64,000 nucleotides of DNA from the human T2T-CHM13v2.0 reference genome, Homo sapiens. The notes beneath the pieces are model-generated. The model had not been told where the DNA came from and made no database searches. It saw only the letters and a list, made by a program, of their open reading frames with translations. Shown piece by piece: positions 28,201-39,291 of this stretch; the first letter of the stretch is position 1; every line of letters starts with the position of its first letter. A program made the position numbers and the translations under genes. The DNA lies in the NCBI RefSeq assembly GCF_009914755.1, contig NC_060947.1. One strand, 5' to 3'.

Positions 28201-30190
28201 AAAACAAACAAACATGCAAACAAGCAAACAAATAGGCAAACAAGATCATGCCGAATGGCTTCATTTTAAATTTGGATCACTACTCCCAAGTAAGTTTTTA
28301 ATGCCGGCCAGTAAGCATATTAAATTTATCTAGACCTTATGTTTTCCCGCTTTTCTTAATGACTCTTTCTTACTCCTTAATTTTCAGCATCTCCATTCCC
28401 ATCCTCACTCTCAGCTTACAATGTTGACTTCTGCTCTGATTTCACAGAAAGAAATGGAAAGGTTTAGAAGAGAATGTCCAAAGAATCTCACCACCTCTCT
28501 CCATCCACTTGGTTTCATGCTCTGGCAATGTCATCTCTGCCTCTGGAAATACCAGCTTCTCTCTCCTTCTCTACTGGATCCATTCCAAACAGCAAACAAC
28601 AATGCTATTATTTCTTTCATCTTAAACAAAATAAATACAGAACCCTCTCTTGAGCCCTCTTCATCCTCCAGCTACATCACATGCTTCTGTTCTTGCCACA
28701 AAACTCCTTGAAATAATTATCTAAAATCGTGTTGCCACTTTCTTTTCTACCATTTGTCCTGAATCAACCCCCAATCACTTCCCCACCACCATAGTTCTCA
28801 AAGTCCTCAGTGACCTCCACATTGGTAAATCCAATGGTTATTTCTCACTCCTCACCTAACTTGATCTCTCAAGAGCATTTGATACAGTGGACTGCTTTCC
28901 CTCCTTGATGTCTTTTCTTTTATCTCTCCTGATTTGCCTCCTGCATTTCTGGATGGCCTTTCTCTGTGTGCTTCCTCCTATCCCTCTTAACAGGATGTCA
29001 TGTGCTCAGTTCTCATGCCTCTTCTCTCTCTACCTACACTTACTTACTAAGTGTCTCATTCAGCCTCACGGTTTTAAATACTACCTATATTCTGATGACT
29101 CCAGACAGACACCTCCCCTGAATTTCAAAAATATACAACCAATTCCTATGTGACCTCTGCACATGGATATCTGATTGTCAAGTTGAAGACATATCCAAAA
29201 CCAAGGTCTTCGTCTCATTCCCAAACCAGCAACTCCTGCAGTCTTCTGTTAGTGCTTTTCCATTTGTTTCTTCCAGTTGTCCAGGCAGAAATCTGCTTGT
29301 GATCCTTGGGTCAGTGCTTTCTCCTATAGTCCTCATCTAGTCTCTTGGGAAATCCATCAAGATGTATCCAGAAATCAAGTGACTTCTCAGGAACCCCCAG
29401 GACATCGCCCTGGTCTTGGCCAGCACCATGGCTTCCTTGAATTATTGCAAGTGTCTCCTGAGTGGTCTCTGTTTCTACTCTTGCCATCAACTGCCTCTTC
29501 TCATCTCTTCACCCCGCTAAAATGTTAAAGACACATCGTGAACCATCTCAGCTCACACCTTCTAGTGGCTCCACGTCTCCTCAAGGTAAAAGCCAAAGGC
29601 TTGACTGTGACTCTCAAGGTCATGCACCATCTGGTCCCTCATGAATCCGGGGACACACACTTTGCTACCCACACACTCCCCTTTGCAGTTCAGCCACCCT
29701 TTCTCCCTTGCCAGCCCCAAACTCATACCATGTCCATGGAGCCTTCCCACCTTCTCTTGCTGCTGGCTGAGATGTTATCCTGATAACATCCACCTGACTC
29801 ACACCTTCCATTCCTTCGTCCTCCTGCAAAGTCACCATCTAAGGGAGCCCTTCCCAGACACGTTGTGCAAAATGTCAACCCCAGCCCTGACACTCCATAC
29901 TCCCTTCTTTGTTGATACGTCCTTCTTAGTACCCATCCCTATCTAACATGCTGTATCTTCTATGTATTTATTACATCTGTTACCTACCTCCCACCTGAGA
30001 CAGTGAGCCCCAGAATGACATGCATTTTTACTTGTTTTGTTCACTATTGTATCTCTTATGACAAGGAGTTGCTTTATAACTATCTGTTAAGTACCAAAGG
30101 AAATAGCTGGGAGAATTGAGGGTAGTTGCTAATGAGAAATAGAACGGGGGTTGAAAGAGGACTGTTTGCATTATTGGCTTTTTAGAGCTA

Positions 30191-30535
30191 CAGGTCGAGT
30201 ATCCTTTACCTGAAATGCTTGGGACCAGAAGTGTTTCAGATTACGGATTTTGTAATATTTGCATACACATAATGAGATATCTTGGGGATGAGGCCTTGAG
30301 TGTAAACATAAAATTCATTTATGTTTCATAGACACCTTATATGCAGAGCCTGAAGTTAATTTCATTTTTCCCTTGCGGGACTCTGGATACACCACATGTT
30401 GAGTGGCTGTATTTTGACTGTGACTCCTCCCAGGAGGTCAGATGTGGAGTTTTATAATTGTGATGTCATTTTGTCCTTCAAAAAGCTTTGGAACATTTCA
30501 AATTTTGGATTTGAGGATTAGGGATATTCAACCTA
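30191..30535. mobile_element. Tigger4/MER46-like Tc1-mariner MITE
   Basis: TIRs caggtcgagtatcc / ggatattcaaccta flanked by TA; gaaatgcttgggaccagaagtgtttcagat. Confidence 0.85.
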
Positions 30536-30802
30536 TATTTGCATTTCTTAAAAAAACAATGCGTTATTTAAATATGAACTAGAGCTATGCAATGTGCCTG
30601 AATATCCTTGTTGTTCTTTGTAAGCATTTGGGCATTATACTCATTTGGCCCAATTATTGGGATTTGGCTATGCGCATCTCAGATGCCAGAATGCTCGTGG
30701 GAAGACGAGCTGCTGTTATGTGTGAGCATGAGACCAGCTGGTAAACATGATGCCCAAGGAGAACTAAGGTGCACATCTTGCCTTAAAATAAATACAATTT
30801 AA

Positions 30803-31031
30803 GGCCGGGCATGGTGGCTCACGCCTGTAACCCCAGCACTTTGGGAGGCCAAGGCAGGCAGATCACTTGAAATCAGGAGTTCAAGAACAGCCAGGCCAAC
30901 ATAGCAAAACCTTGTCTCTACTAAAAATACAAAAATTAGCTGGGTGTGGTGGTGCACGCCTGTGGTCCCAGCTATTCAGGAGGCTGAGGCAGGAGAATCG
31001 CCTGAACCTGGGAGGTGGAGGTTGCAGTGAG
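30803..31031 (+). mobile_element. AluS truncated at its 3' end (no tail)
   Basis: Stops abruptly at gttgcagtgag. Confidence 0.92.
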
Positions 31032-31271
31032 GATTCTTCTCTTTCTCTCATATTTTGATCTGCCATAAGCCAGGGATAACATTTCTTCATTTGTGTCTTC
31101 CCTCTTCAAAGCCTGTTTAAGCAACAGGTCTCTCCCTGTGCCCCATTCAGTCAGATGTCTCATGATTAAGCAGATGCTGAGAACTGTATCTGCAGTGACA
31201 GGGTTTGGTTTTTGAGCAAAAGGAATGGGCAGCAGGAACATCAGTGGATCCTCATGCTTCAAGGTCCCTGG

Positions 31272-31944
31272 TGTTAATGGAAAAACCAACTCTGAAAAAT
31301 ATTTTAAAGAAGCCTACTCTGAGCCAATAGCAGTGACCACAGCCCAGGAAAAACACAAACCCACGAAGCCTTCAGCAAGTGGTCCCGAGGCAGTCGGATT
31401 ATAATTTGGTTTTACACATTTTAAGAAGACAGAAGTTACAGGCAAAGACATAAATCAATACATGGGAGGAGGTGTACATTGGTTTAGTCCATAAAGGTGG
31501 GATATCTTGAAATGGGAGCTTATAGGTTTATAGGTGAATTCAGAGATGCTTTAATTTGCAGCTGGGTAAAGCAGTAAGGCTCTGTCTAAAACCTGGAGTG
31601 AGCAGAAAGGGATGTTTTCTGTTAAGATAAGGATGCTGTGTAGCAAGACTGATGATGGCCTGTAGGGGTGACTTAACTCTTGCCCAGCACAGCCTTAGGT
31701 CCTGTTGATAATTTGGTATCTTATTGCCACAAAGAGTCTGTTTTGTCAGTCTTATGATCTGTATTTTAACATGAATGCTGGTCACTTGTGCCTAAGCCCC
31801 AAAAGGGAGAGGATATAAGGTGTGTCTGATCCCCCATCACATCATGGCCGGGAACTCAGTTTTTCAGGTTTCTCTGGGATCCCCTTGGCCAAGACAGGGT
31901 CCATTCAGTTGGTGGGGGACTTAGGATTCTATTTTTAGTTGACA
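31272..31944 (-). mobile_element. ERV1 solo LTR (MER4 group)
   Basis: TG..CA ends; gggtccattcagttgg...ttaggattctatttttagttgaca; TSD ctgg. Confidence 0.88.
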
Positions 31945-32664
31945 CTGGGTAGGGTCCTGCATAGGACACCATGCTCTTTTCCAAGATGGTACTGTGCGTT
32001 AAGACAAAGAAAGTGCTCTTGAGAAAGCCCTGCCAGAGGAAGCCCTCACGAATTCCGCACCCGTAGCTGCCTCTCAGCCTTCTGCTGACAGTCAGACAGG
32101 AGTGTACTGTGGAATTAGAGCACCTAAAAATACAGCTGAATAAACACACAATGCAAAACACAAAGGAGGCACGAATTGTGGATACACTTAAATGGGAACA
32201 GCAAAACTTAAATTAGAGGTCTGAAAAGCGTGCTCTTTTCTTGGAAGGCGCTGTTCTCCTTTTTCTAATGATGCTAATTCCATGAACACTGAATGTAACC
32301 CTTTAAAAGAGAAAAATGAGGCAGCTCCGCACTAATTCAGTTTAATTAATGCCATCCTGTTCTTTAGTCTACAAACAGTTATTGAAATTGCAAGATAGCT
32401 ATATCTGTCCTTCCTTAACTGCTCTCTGTTCTTTTACAAAACCATTTTATTGTGCATTCAGAGCTACCAAAAATAAAACTAGGATTGTTCCAATAGCATT
32501 TCCATGCTTCCTATAGAATGAGCTCACATTACCACTTACTCTTGAGGAGTCTACCAGTGAGCTTGATTTGCTTTGGATAAATGAATCCTCCATCATTTTT
32601 TTAAGTGACTGGCACCCTGGTTTTTTTGTTTGTTTGTCTTTTCCACAAATGTTCTTAGCCATGA

Positions 32665-33043
<379 letters not shown>

Positions 33044-33373
33044 TAAAATTACTATGCTATAGGCATAGAATGAGACATCTACAAAAAGCTACCCCGTGTT
33101 TTTAATTAGGTGTTTAGTGAATCACTTTGAAAATTCTGGGAAGTAATTTCCTCTCCTTTAAAGAAAAGAACATTCTTATATTCCTTATCAGATAACGATG
33201 CTGTTGAAAGTGGATACACTTATAGCTGGGATCCTCAGTTGTCCCAGTGCTAAGATGCCTATGCAGACATCAACTCAGTTCACATCAGCTCTAACTGCAT
33301 CTCACTTTGTGGGCACCTGCAGACCAGTTCTTCTCAGGTGCCGTGCCCATAGCACAGAGAGCTTCTTGGGATG

Positions 33374-34222
33374 TGTAGGGAGCCTTAGCCCCTAAAGGTT
33401 CACTGAAAAATCACCGACATGAGGCAGACTGATTAAGAGGAGAAAAGGCATACAGATTAATTTAACGCATATACACAGGAGCCTTCAGAATGAAGGCCCA
33501 ACTCCCCAATCAGGTCTAGAAGCTTATATACCATCTGAGGTTACAGAAAGAATGGCGACTTGGATCCTGGTGAAACAGGTGGTGGGCTGGGGGAGAAGAG
33601 AATTCTATGGAGGGGATTACTAGAGGGAAGGAATGGATCAGGAACAGAGATTAACTTGTAAAGAGTTCTCTTTGGAAGTTAAATGATCCTTAGAGACACT
33701 CATCATTCTTGGAAAAGGCAGGTGTGGTCTTCTCTTTTTTTTTTTTTTTGAGACAGACTGTCATCCAGGCTGGAGTGCAGTGGCATGATTTCGGCTCACT
33801 TCAAGTGATTCTCCTGCCTCAGCCTCCCAAGTGGCTGGGATTACAGGTGCACACCACTAGGCGAGCTTATTTTGTGTTTTTAGTAGAGATGGGGTTTTAC
33901 CATGTTGATCAGGGTGATCTTGAACTCCTGGCCTCAAGTGATCCACCACCCCGGCCTCCCAAAGTGCTGGGATTACAGGTGTGAATCACCGCACCTGGCC
34001 ACATCTTGGTCTTCTTTTCTGTTATAGACAATGAGATAATTTGGAGGGAAAGAAAAAAACCACTGTTCTCCTTGGTGGGTCTGGATTTTAGGCAGATAAA
34101 GGAACTTCAGTTTCAATGGGAGAGACAGGGGTTTGGGGAGGACATCAGAGAGACCTTGAGGCTTCTTCAGCTCAGCGTGTCCAAACGCCAGATTTTGGGC
34201 TTTTGGTTTCTGAGCTCTAACA
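33374..34222 (-). mobile_element. ERV1 solo LTR (MER39-like) containing an Alu
   Basis: ttgaggcttcttcagctcagc...ttggtttctgagctctaaca matches the reverse of the MER39 start as recalled. Confidence 0.75.
33735..34000 (-). mobile_element. AluS with internal deletions
   Basis: Reverse Alu; TSD tggtcttct. Confidence 0.9.
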
Positions 34223-34425
34223 GTAGGAATAGCTTGTGAAATCTCCTTGAGATCTTATGTTTCATTTTTGAAAATTCAAATATTTGTCATTCCACTTTAT
34301 AATCACATCCCAATATTGGGTATAATATAAAATTAAAATTATAAATTACAATCAAGTGGACACCTTCAAAATGATGTACTATAAATGACTTAGCACTTCC
34401 TAATATTGACACTTCAAAAAACAGA

Positions 34426-34689
34426 GGCCGAGGAGGGTGAATTGCTTGAGCTCAGGAGTTCGAGACCAGCCTGGGTAACATGGTGAGACCCGGTCTCTAC
34501 CAATAAAACAAAAAAAATTAGCCGGGTGTGGTGTTGCATGCCTCTGGTCCCAGCTACTAGTGAGGCTGAGGTAGGAGGATCTCTTGAGCCGGGGAGGCGG
34601 AGGTTGCAGTAAGCCCAGATCGTGCCACCACTGCACTCCAGCCTGGGTGAAAGAGCAAGACCCTGTCTCAAGAAACAAACAAACAAAAC
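34426..34689 (+). mobile_element. 5'-truncated Alu
   Basis: Starts at ggccgagg; (AAAC)n tail. Confidence 0.9.
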
Positions 34690-34886
34690 CCAGAGCCATA
34701 GTTATCCTATCACTTTGTGTGCTCTGGAACACTCTGACGTATGTTAGGGACCTCAGTTTGCAAAGCATGGTCCTAGAAAAACATGATCAGATGTACATAG
34801 TTATTCCTGTTCATTGGTATCAATCATGTACAGCACACGCCAGAAACGAGAAGGCAATACCACATTACACAGGAGCTACTTTCTAC

Positions 34887-35618
34887 TAGATTTCCAGATT
34901 CAGCAAATAAAAATATGAGATACGCAGTTAAATTTGAATGTCAGATAAACAACTGTCAATGAAAAGAGTCAAACTCTGTAAAATATTTGAAAAGATTTAT
35001 TCTGAGCTAAATGTGAGTGACCAATGGCTGTGACACAGCCCTCAGTAGATCCTGAGAACAAGGCCCAAGGTGGCCTGGCTACAATTAGGTTTTATACATT
35101 TAGGGAAACATATGGCATCAGTCAATACAAGATGAACATTGGCTCGGTCCAAAAAGATGGGACAACCGGAAGCAAGGGCTTCCAGGTCACAGGTGGTTTT
35201 AAAGATTTTCTGGTTAGCAACTGGTTGAAAGAGTTATTGTCTAAAGACCTGGAATCAATAGTAAGGAATGCCTGGGTTATGACAAGGGGTTGTGGAGACC
35301 AAGGTTTTCTCATTCAGAGAGAATAGATTGTAAATGTTTCTTATCAGACATAAGGAGCCAATTCTATTGGTAATTCCAAAAGGGAGGAGGGAATCTTGAT
35401 GCACATCCAGCTCCCCTTTTCTGTCAGGGCCGGAACTAGTTTTTCAGGTTAACTTCGGAATGCCCTTGGTCAAGAGAAGGGGTCCATTCAGATGGCTGAG
35501 GGGGCTTAGAATTTTATTTTTGGCTTACACAACAAATAATATTTTATTATACACATGCCCCATATTTACGTGATATTCAAATTTAACTGGGTGCCCTGTG
35601 TTTTGTCTAGAAACTCTA
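34887..35618. mobile_element. MER53 MITE split by an LTR
   Basis: cagttaaatttgaatgtcagataaac on the left; attcaaatttaactggg on the right. Confidence 0.75.
34954..35529 (-). mobile_element. ERV1 solo LTR (MER4B-like)
   Basis: tgtcaatgaaaagagtcaaactctg...ttagaattttatttttggcttaca; TSD caac. Confidence 0.88.
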
Positions 35619-35926
35619 TGACTCTTAGGGCTTTTCCTGTCCCCAGTCCTGTCTCAATCCTCTTTCCTTTGATGTGATGGGGCTTATCCTTTCATATGAT
35701 AGGGCTGTGTTACTGAGAATTCACTGCATTACTAAACATCTCCTTCTGCACCAGGCCATGGTTAAGAAGAGAATTTTGTGGTACCCCAAGAGTATAGAGG
35801 AGGTGGTGGAAGCAGCACAGGTGCAGGTGGTTGAAAAATAGGATAGGACTTTCCAGGGTCTTCCAGGATGAAGGTGATCCTAGGCTACCTGAGAGAAGAC
35901 AAAGACAAGGTGGGGGGGTGTTGCTT

Positions 35927-36563
35927 TGTCAGTGGTGTTTGAACCAGAGTGACTCCACCTTGAACAAGGGCTGGGTAAAATGAGGTTGAGACCTGCTGGG
36001 CTGCACTCCCAGGAGGTTAGGCATTCTTAGCCAAAGGATGAGACAGGAGGTCAGCAGGACTGGTGTCACCAGAGACAGATCATAAAGACCCTACTGATAA
36101 GACAGGATGCAGTAAAGAAGCTGGTCAAATCCACCAAAACCAAGATAGTGACAAAAGTGACCTCTGGCTGTCCTCGCTGCTCATTATATGCTAATTCAAA
36201 TGCATTAGTTGCTAAAAGACACTCCCACCAGCACCATGACAATTTACAAATGCCTTGGCAACGTCCTGCAGTTACCCCATATGGTCTAAAAGCGGGAGGA
36301 ACTCTCAGTTCTGGGAAAACCCCACCCCCTTCCCAGAAAACTCATGAATAATCCACCCCTCATTCAGCAATGATCAAGAAATAACCATAAAAATAGCCAA
36401 CCAGCAGCCCATGGGGCTGCTCTGCCTATGGAGTAGCCATTCTTTTGTTCCTTTCTTTCTTAATAAACTTGCTTTCACTCTGCAGACTCACCCCCAGTTC
36501 TTTCTCGTGTGAGATTTAAGAACCTTCTCTTGGGGTCTGAATTGGGAGCCCTCTCCAGTGACA
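35927..36563 (+). mobile_element. MER41 (MER41B-like) solo LTR
   Basis: tgtcagtggtgtttgaaccagagtgactcc...gctgctctgcctatggagtagccattc...aataaa...gtgaca. Confidence 0.9.
36309..36338. promoter_or_regulatory. Tandem STAT1 GAS motifs in MER41
   Basis: TTCTGGGAA (36309-36317) and TTCCCAGAA (36330-36338), both matching TTCN3GAA. Confidence 0.6.
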
Positions 36564-36649
36564 ATTCCTTTAGATCAAGGTCTGAGCTCTAAATCTCCTG
36601 ACCTTGCTTTCTTGTTTGTTTCTCCTGGAACTTCTGGTCACTCCTGCCT

Positions 36650-36795
36650 CAAGTTTCTTAACAAAATAGAGGGCACCCAGTTAAATTTGAATGTCAAAAA
36701 AAGTGTTGCATCCTTATACAAAAAAAAAAAAAAAGTTTGTTGTTGTTTACCTGACATTCAAATTTAACTGTGTACCCTATATTTTTATTCGGGTG
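36650..36795. mobile_element. MER53 palindromic MITE
   Basis: 19-bp inverted repeat cagttaaatttgaatgtca / tgacattcaaatttaactg. Confidence 0.8.
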
Positions 36796-37107
36796 TGTGA
36801 TGCTTGGCCGCTGCAGTTATCCTGTGACCTGAAGGATAGAAGTCATGTTCCAAACTCAATAGTAGTCCCAAGAAAGAGAAAGGTTCTGGTTCCATTCCTC
36901 AAATGTCTTGTGCCTCTCACACACGTTCCATCTCTGCATTGATTGGAATTATTATTAGCGCCAGGACCTGGGTGTCATTGTTTATTGATTTGGAAGATTC
37001 TTGTGTTCCTGGTTTATATAACTGAATGGATGGTGGTCTTGGTCACAGCAACAGAGAATGCTCAAAAAAGAGCCAGACTTGGAATGTCATCAATTTCATT
37101 AAATATT

Positions 37108-37238
37108 TTTTAACTTTTTTATAGAGACGAGGTCTCGCTATGTTGCCCAGGCTGGTCTCAAACTCCTGGCCTCAAGCAGTCCTTCTGCCTTGCCCTTCTA
37201 AAGCACTGGGATTATAGGAACAAGCCACCGTGACCAGC
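37108..37238 (-). mobile_element. Alu monomer (FLAM-like)
   Basis: Single left-arm monomer, reverse. Confidence 0.85.
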
Positions 37239-38007
37239 TTTGCATTATATTTAAAAGCAAAAGCGTCTAACACGAAGGAAATAATTAGGTAGATTTGTTC
37301 TACTCCATAGGAGGGAAGTGTATGTAGCCAATAAAATAATTGCATTTGCTATTTCTGTGTCCGTTCCTAATTGCTGCAGAGCCAGCCAGTCAGTATAAAT
37401 CAGAAAATTTAAGGAGCAGCGCTCCTGTGTGGGAATCTTGAAACTCAAAGAAGCTCAGCTGAAAGGGAAGGATTCCATGAACCCTTGCACCTGTGGACAG
37501 GACCCAGACGACATCCAGACTGCAGTACCGGGAGGACGCAATCCCAAGATAAAAAAGATCAGTCATGTCCCTTTTCGGTTCTTCCCTACTCTATCTATAG
37601 TCTTAGCTGCAGAGAGTAGGTTAAAAAAACAAACAAACAACAACAACAAAAGACTTCACTATTTAAAAAACCTCTCTAATGAGGTTTTGAAATGCTAACT
37701 TAAAGATGTTTAACTCTTTTGCTGCTTCACACCCAAATGCTTTTAAATCAGTAAAAATTAATTCATCCCTTATCTCAGGAAATATCTTATGCAAGTAGCT
37801 TCTTTAATTAAATACTTATAAATAAACGCACAAATATGTGTGTGTGTTTATGTGTGCACCATACATAAGTTAAGTTCGTAAGGCAAACTTACAAAACCCT
37901 GCCTGTCTTTGGTATTGGGCTTGGCAACTGCTTTTTAACACAGTTAAAAAGCCGAGCGTTCCTGGCAGGCAGATGACTTGATATGGAGCAGACAGAGGTG
38001 GGCTTAC

Positions 38008-38118
38008 CTGTGCTCCGTCATCTGTTACAATCAAGCGTCTGTCGGATGATGGATTGTTCTTGCCGGGAGGGCTTCTCCTCCCATGATTAAACGTGTGAGG
38101 CGCGTGTTTCAGCAGTTC
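38008..38118 (-). other. Candidate 111-nt exon next to the L1 5' end
   Basis: Minus strand reads cttccacctgtacgattag|GAACTG...GCACAG|gtaagc; CpG-rich unique sequence; phase-0 frame open throughout. Confidence 0.35.
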
Positions 38119-38240
38119 CTAATCGTACAGGTGGAAGCACACAGATTTTCCCTTTTCTGGCCCCTTTTTGAAAGTGCATAGCTCATCCATTGTGCTTGGT
38201 AACCCCCATGTCTTCATCCTTAAAGAATCCAGTAGCCATA

Positions 38241-39291
38241 GAGGTGGTGGAGGAGCCATGATGGCCGAACAGGAACAGCTCCGGTCTACAGCTCCCAGCG
38301 TGAGCGACGCAGAAGACGGTGATTTCTGCATTTCCATCTGAGGTACCGGGTTCATCTCACTAGGGAGCGCCAGACAGTGGGCGCAGGTCAGTGGGTGCGC
38401 GCACCGTGCGCGAGCCGAAGCAGGGCGAGGCATTGCCTCACTTGGGAAGCGCAAGGGGTCAGGGAGTTCCCTTTCCAGGTCAAAGAAAGGGGTGACGGAC
38501 GCACCTGGAAAATCGGGTCACTCCCACCCGAATACTGCGCTTTTCAGACGGGCTTAAAAAACGGCGCACCACGAGATTATATCCCACACCTGGCTCGGAG
38601 GGTCCTACGCCCACGGAGTCTCGCTGATTGCTGGCACAGCAGTCTGAGATCAAACTGCAAGGCGGCAACGAGGCTGGGGGAGGGGCGCCCGCCATTGCCC
38701 AGGCTTGCTTAGGTAAACAAAGCAGCCGGGAAGCTCGAACTGGGTGGAGCCCACCACAGCTCAAGGAGGCCTGCCTGCCTCTGTAGGCTCCACCTCTGGG
38801 GGCAGGGCACAGACAAACAAAAAGACAGCAGTAACCTCTGCAGACTTAAATGTCCCTGTCTGGCAGCTTTGAAGAGAGCAGTGGTTCTCCCAGCACGCAG
38901 CTGGAGATCTGAGAACACGCAGACTGCCTCCTCAAGTGGGTCCCTGACCCCTGACCCCTGACCCCTGACCCCTGAGCAGCCTAACTGGGAGGCACCCCCC
39001 AGTAGGGGCAGACTGACACTTCACATGGCCGGGTACTCCTCTGAGACAAAACTTCCAGAGGAATGATCAGACAGCAGCATTCGCGGCTCACGAAAAACCG
39101 CTGTTCTGCAAACACCGCTGCGGATACCCAGGCAAACAGGTCTGGAGTGGACCTCTAGCAAACTCCAACAGACCTGCAGCTGAGGGTCCTGTCTGTTAGA
39201 AGGAAAACTAACAAACAGAAAGGACATCCACACCAAAAACCCATCTGTACATCACCATCATCAAAGACCAAAAGTAGATAAAACCACAAAG
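38241..39291. promoter_or_regulatory. L1 5'UTR: CpG-rich sense promoter and antisense promoter
   Basis: CpG-rich; antisense donors CAG|gtgtgg (38589) and CAG|gtgcgt (38504) present. Confidence 0.8.
38480..38695 (-). CDS. ORF0: L1 ORF0 (71 aa), intact reading frame
   Basis: MAGAPPPASLPPCSLISDCCASNQRDSVGVGPSEPGVGYNLVVRRFLSPSEKRSIRVGVTRFSRCVRHPFL* matches primate L1 ORF0p as recalled; expression not shown. Confidence 0.8.
   Translation of the reverse strand: MAGAPPPASLPPCSLISDCCASNQRDSVGVGPSEPGVGYNLVVRRFLSPSEKRSIRVGVTRFSRCVRHPFL

Larger units (their letters stand above)
26100..30090 (+). mobile_element. Long fragmented L2 LINE (EN, RT and 3' end) interrupted by younger elements
   Basis: EN-like GGGVGVLL remnant (gggcctgagagtggggtgagtgtcctcctt near 26765); RT LDLSAAFDTVD remnant (cttgatctctcaagagcatttgatacagtggac near 28860); L2 3' end near 30000-30090. 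Confidence 0.75.

Noticed and set aside
36679-36771. Long hairpin as a miRNA or novel structured RNA
   Set aside because: Explained by the palindromic MER53 MITE.
38119-38454. 111-aa antisense ORF crossing the L1 5' junction
   Set aside because: The L1 part is generic 5'UTR antisense frame, the start codon is non-ATG, and there is no protein resemblance.
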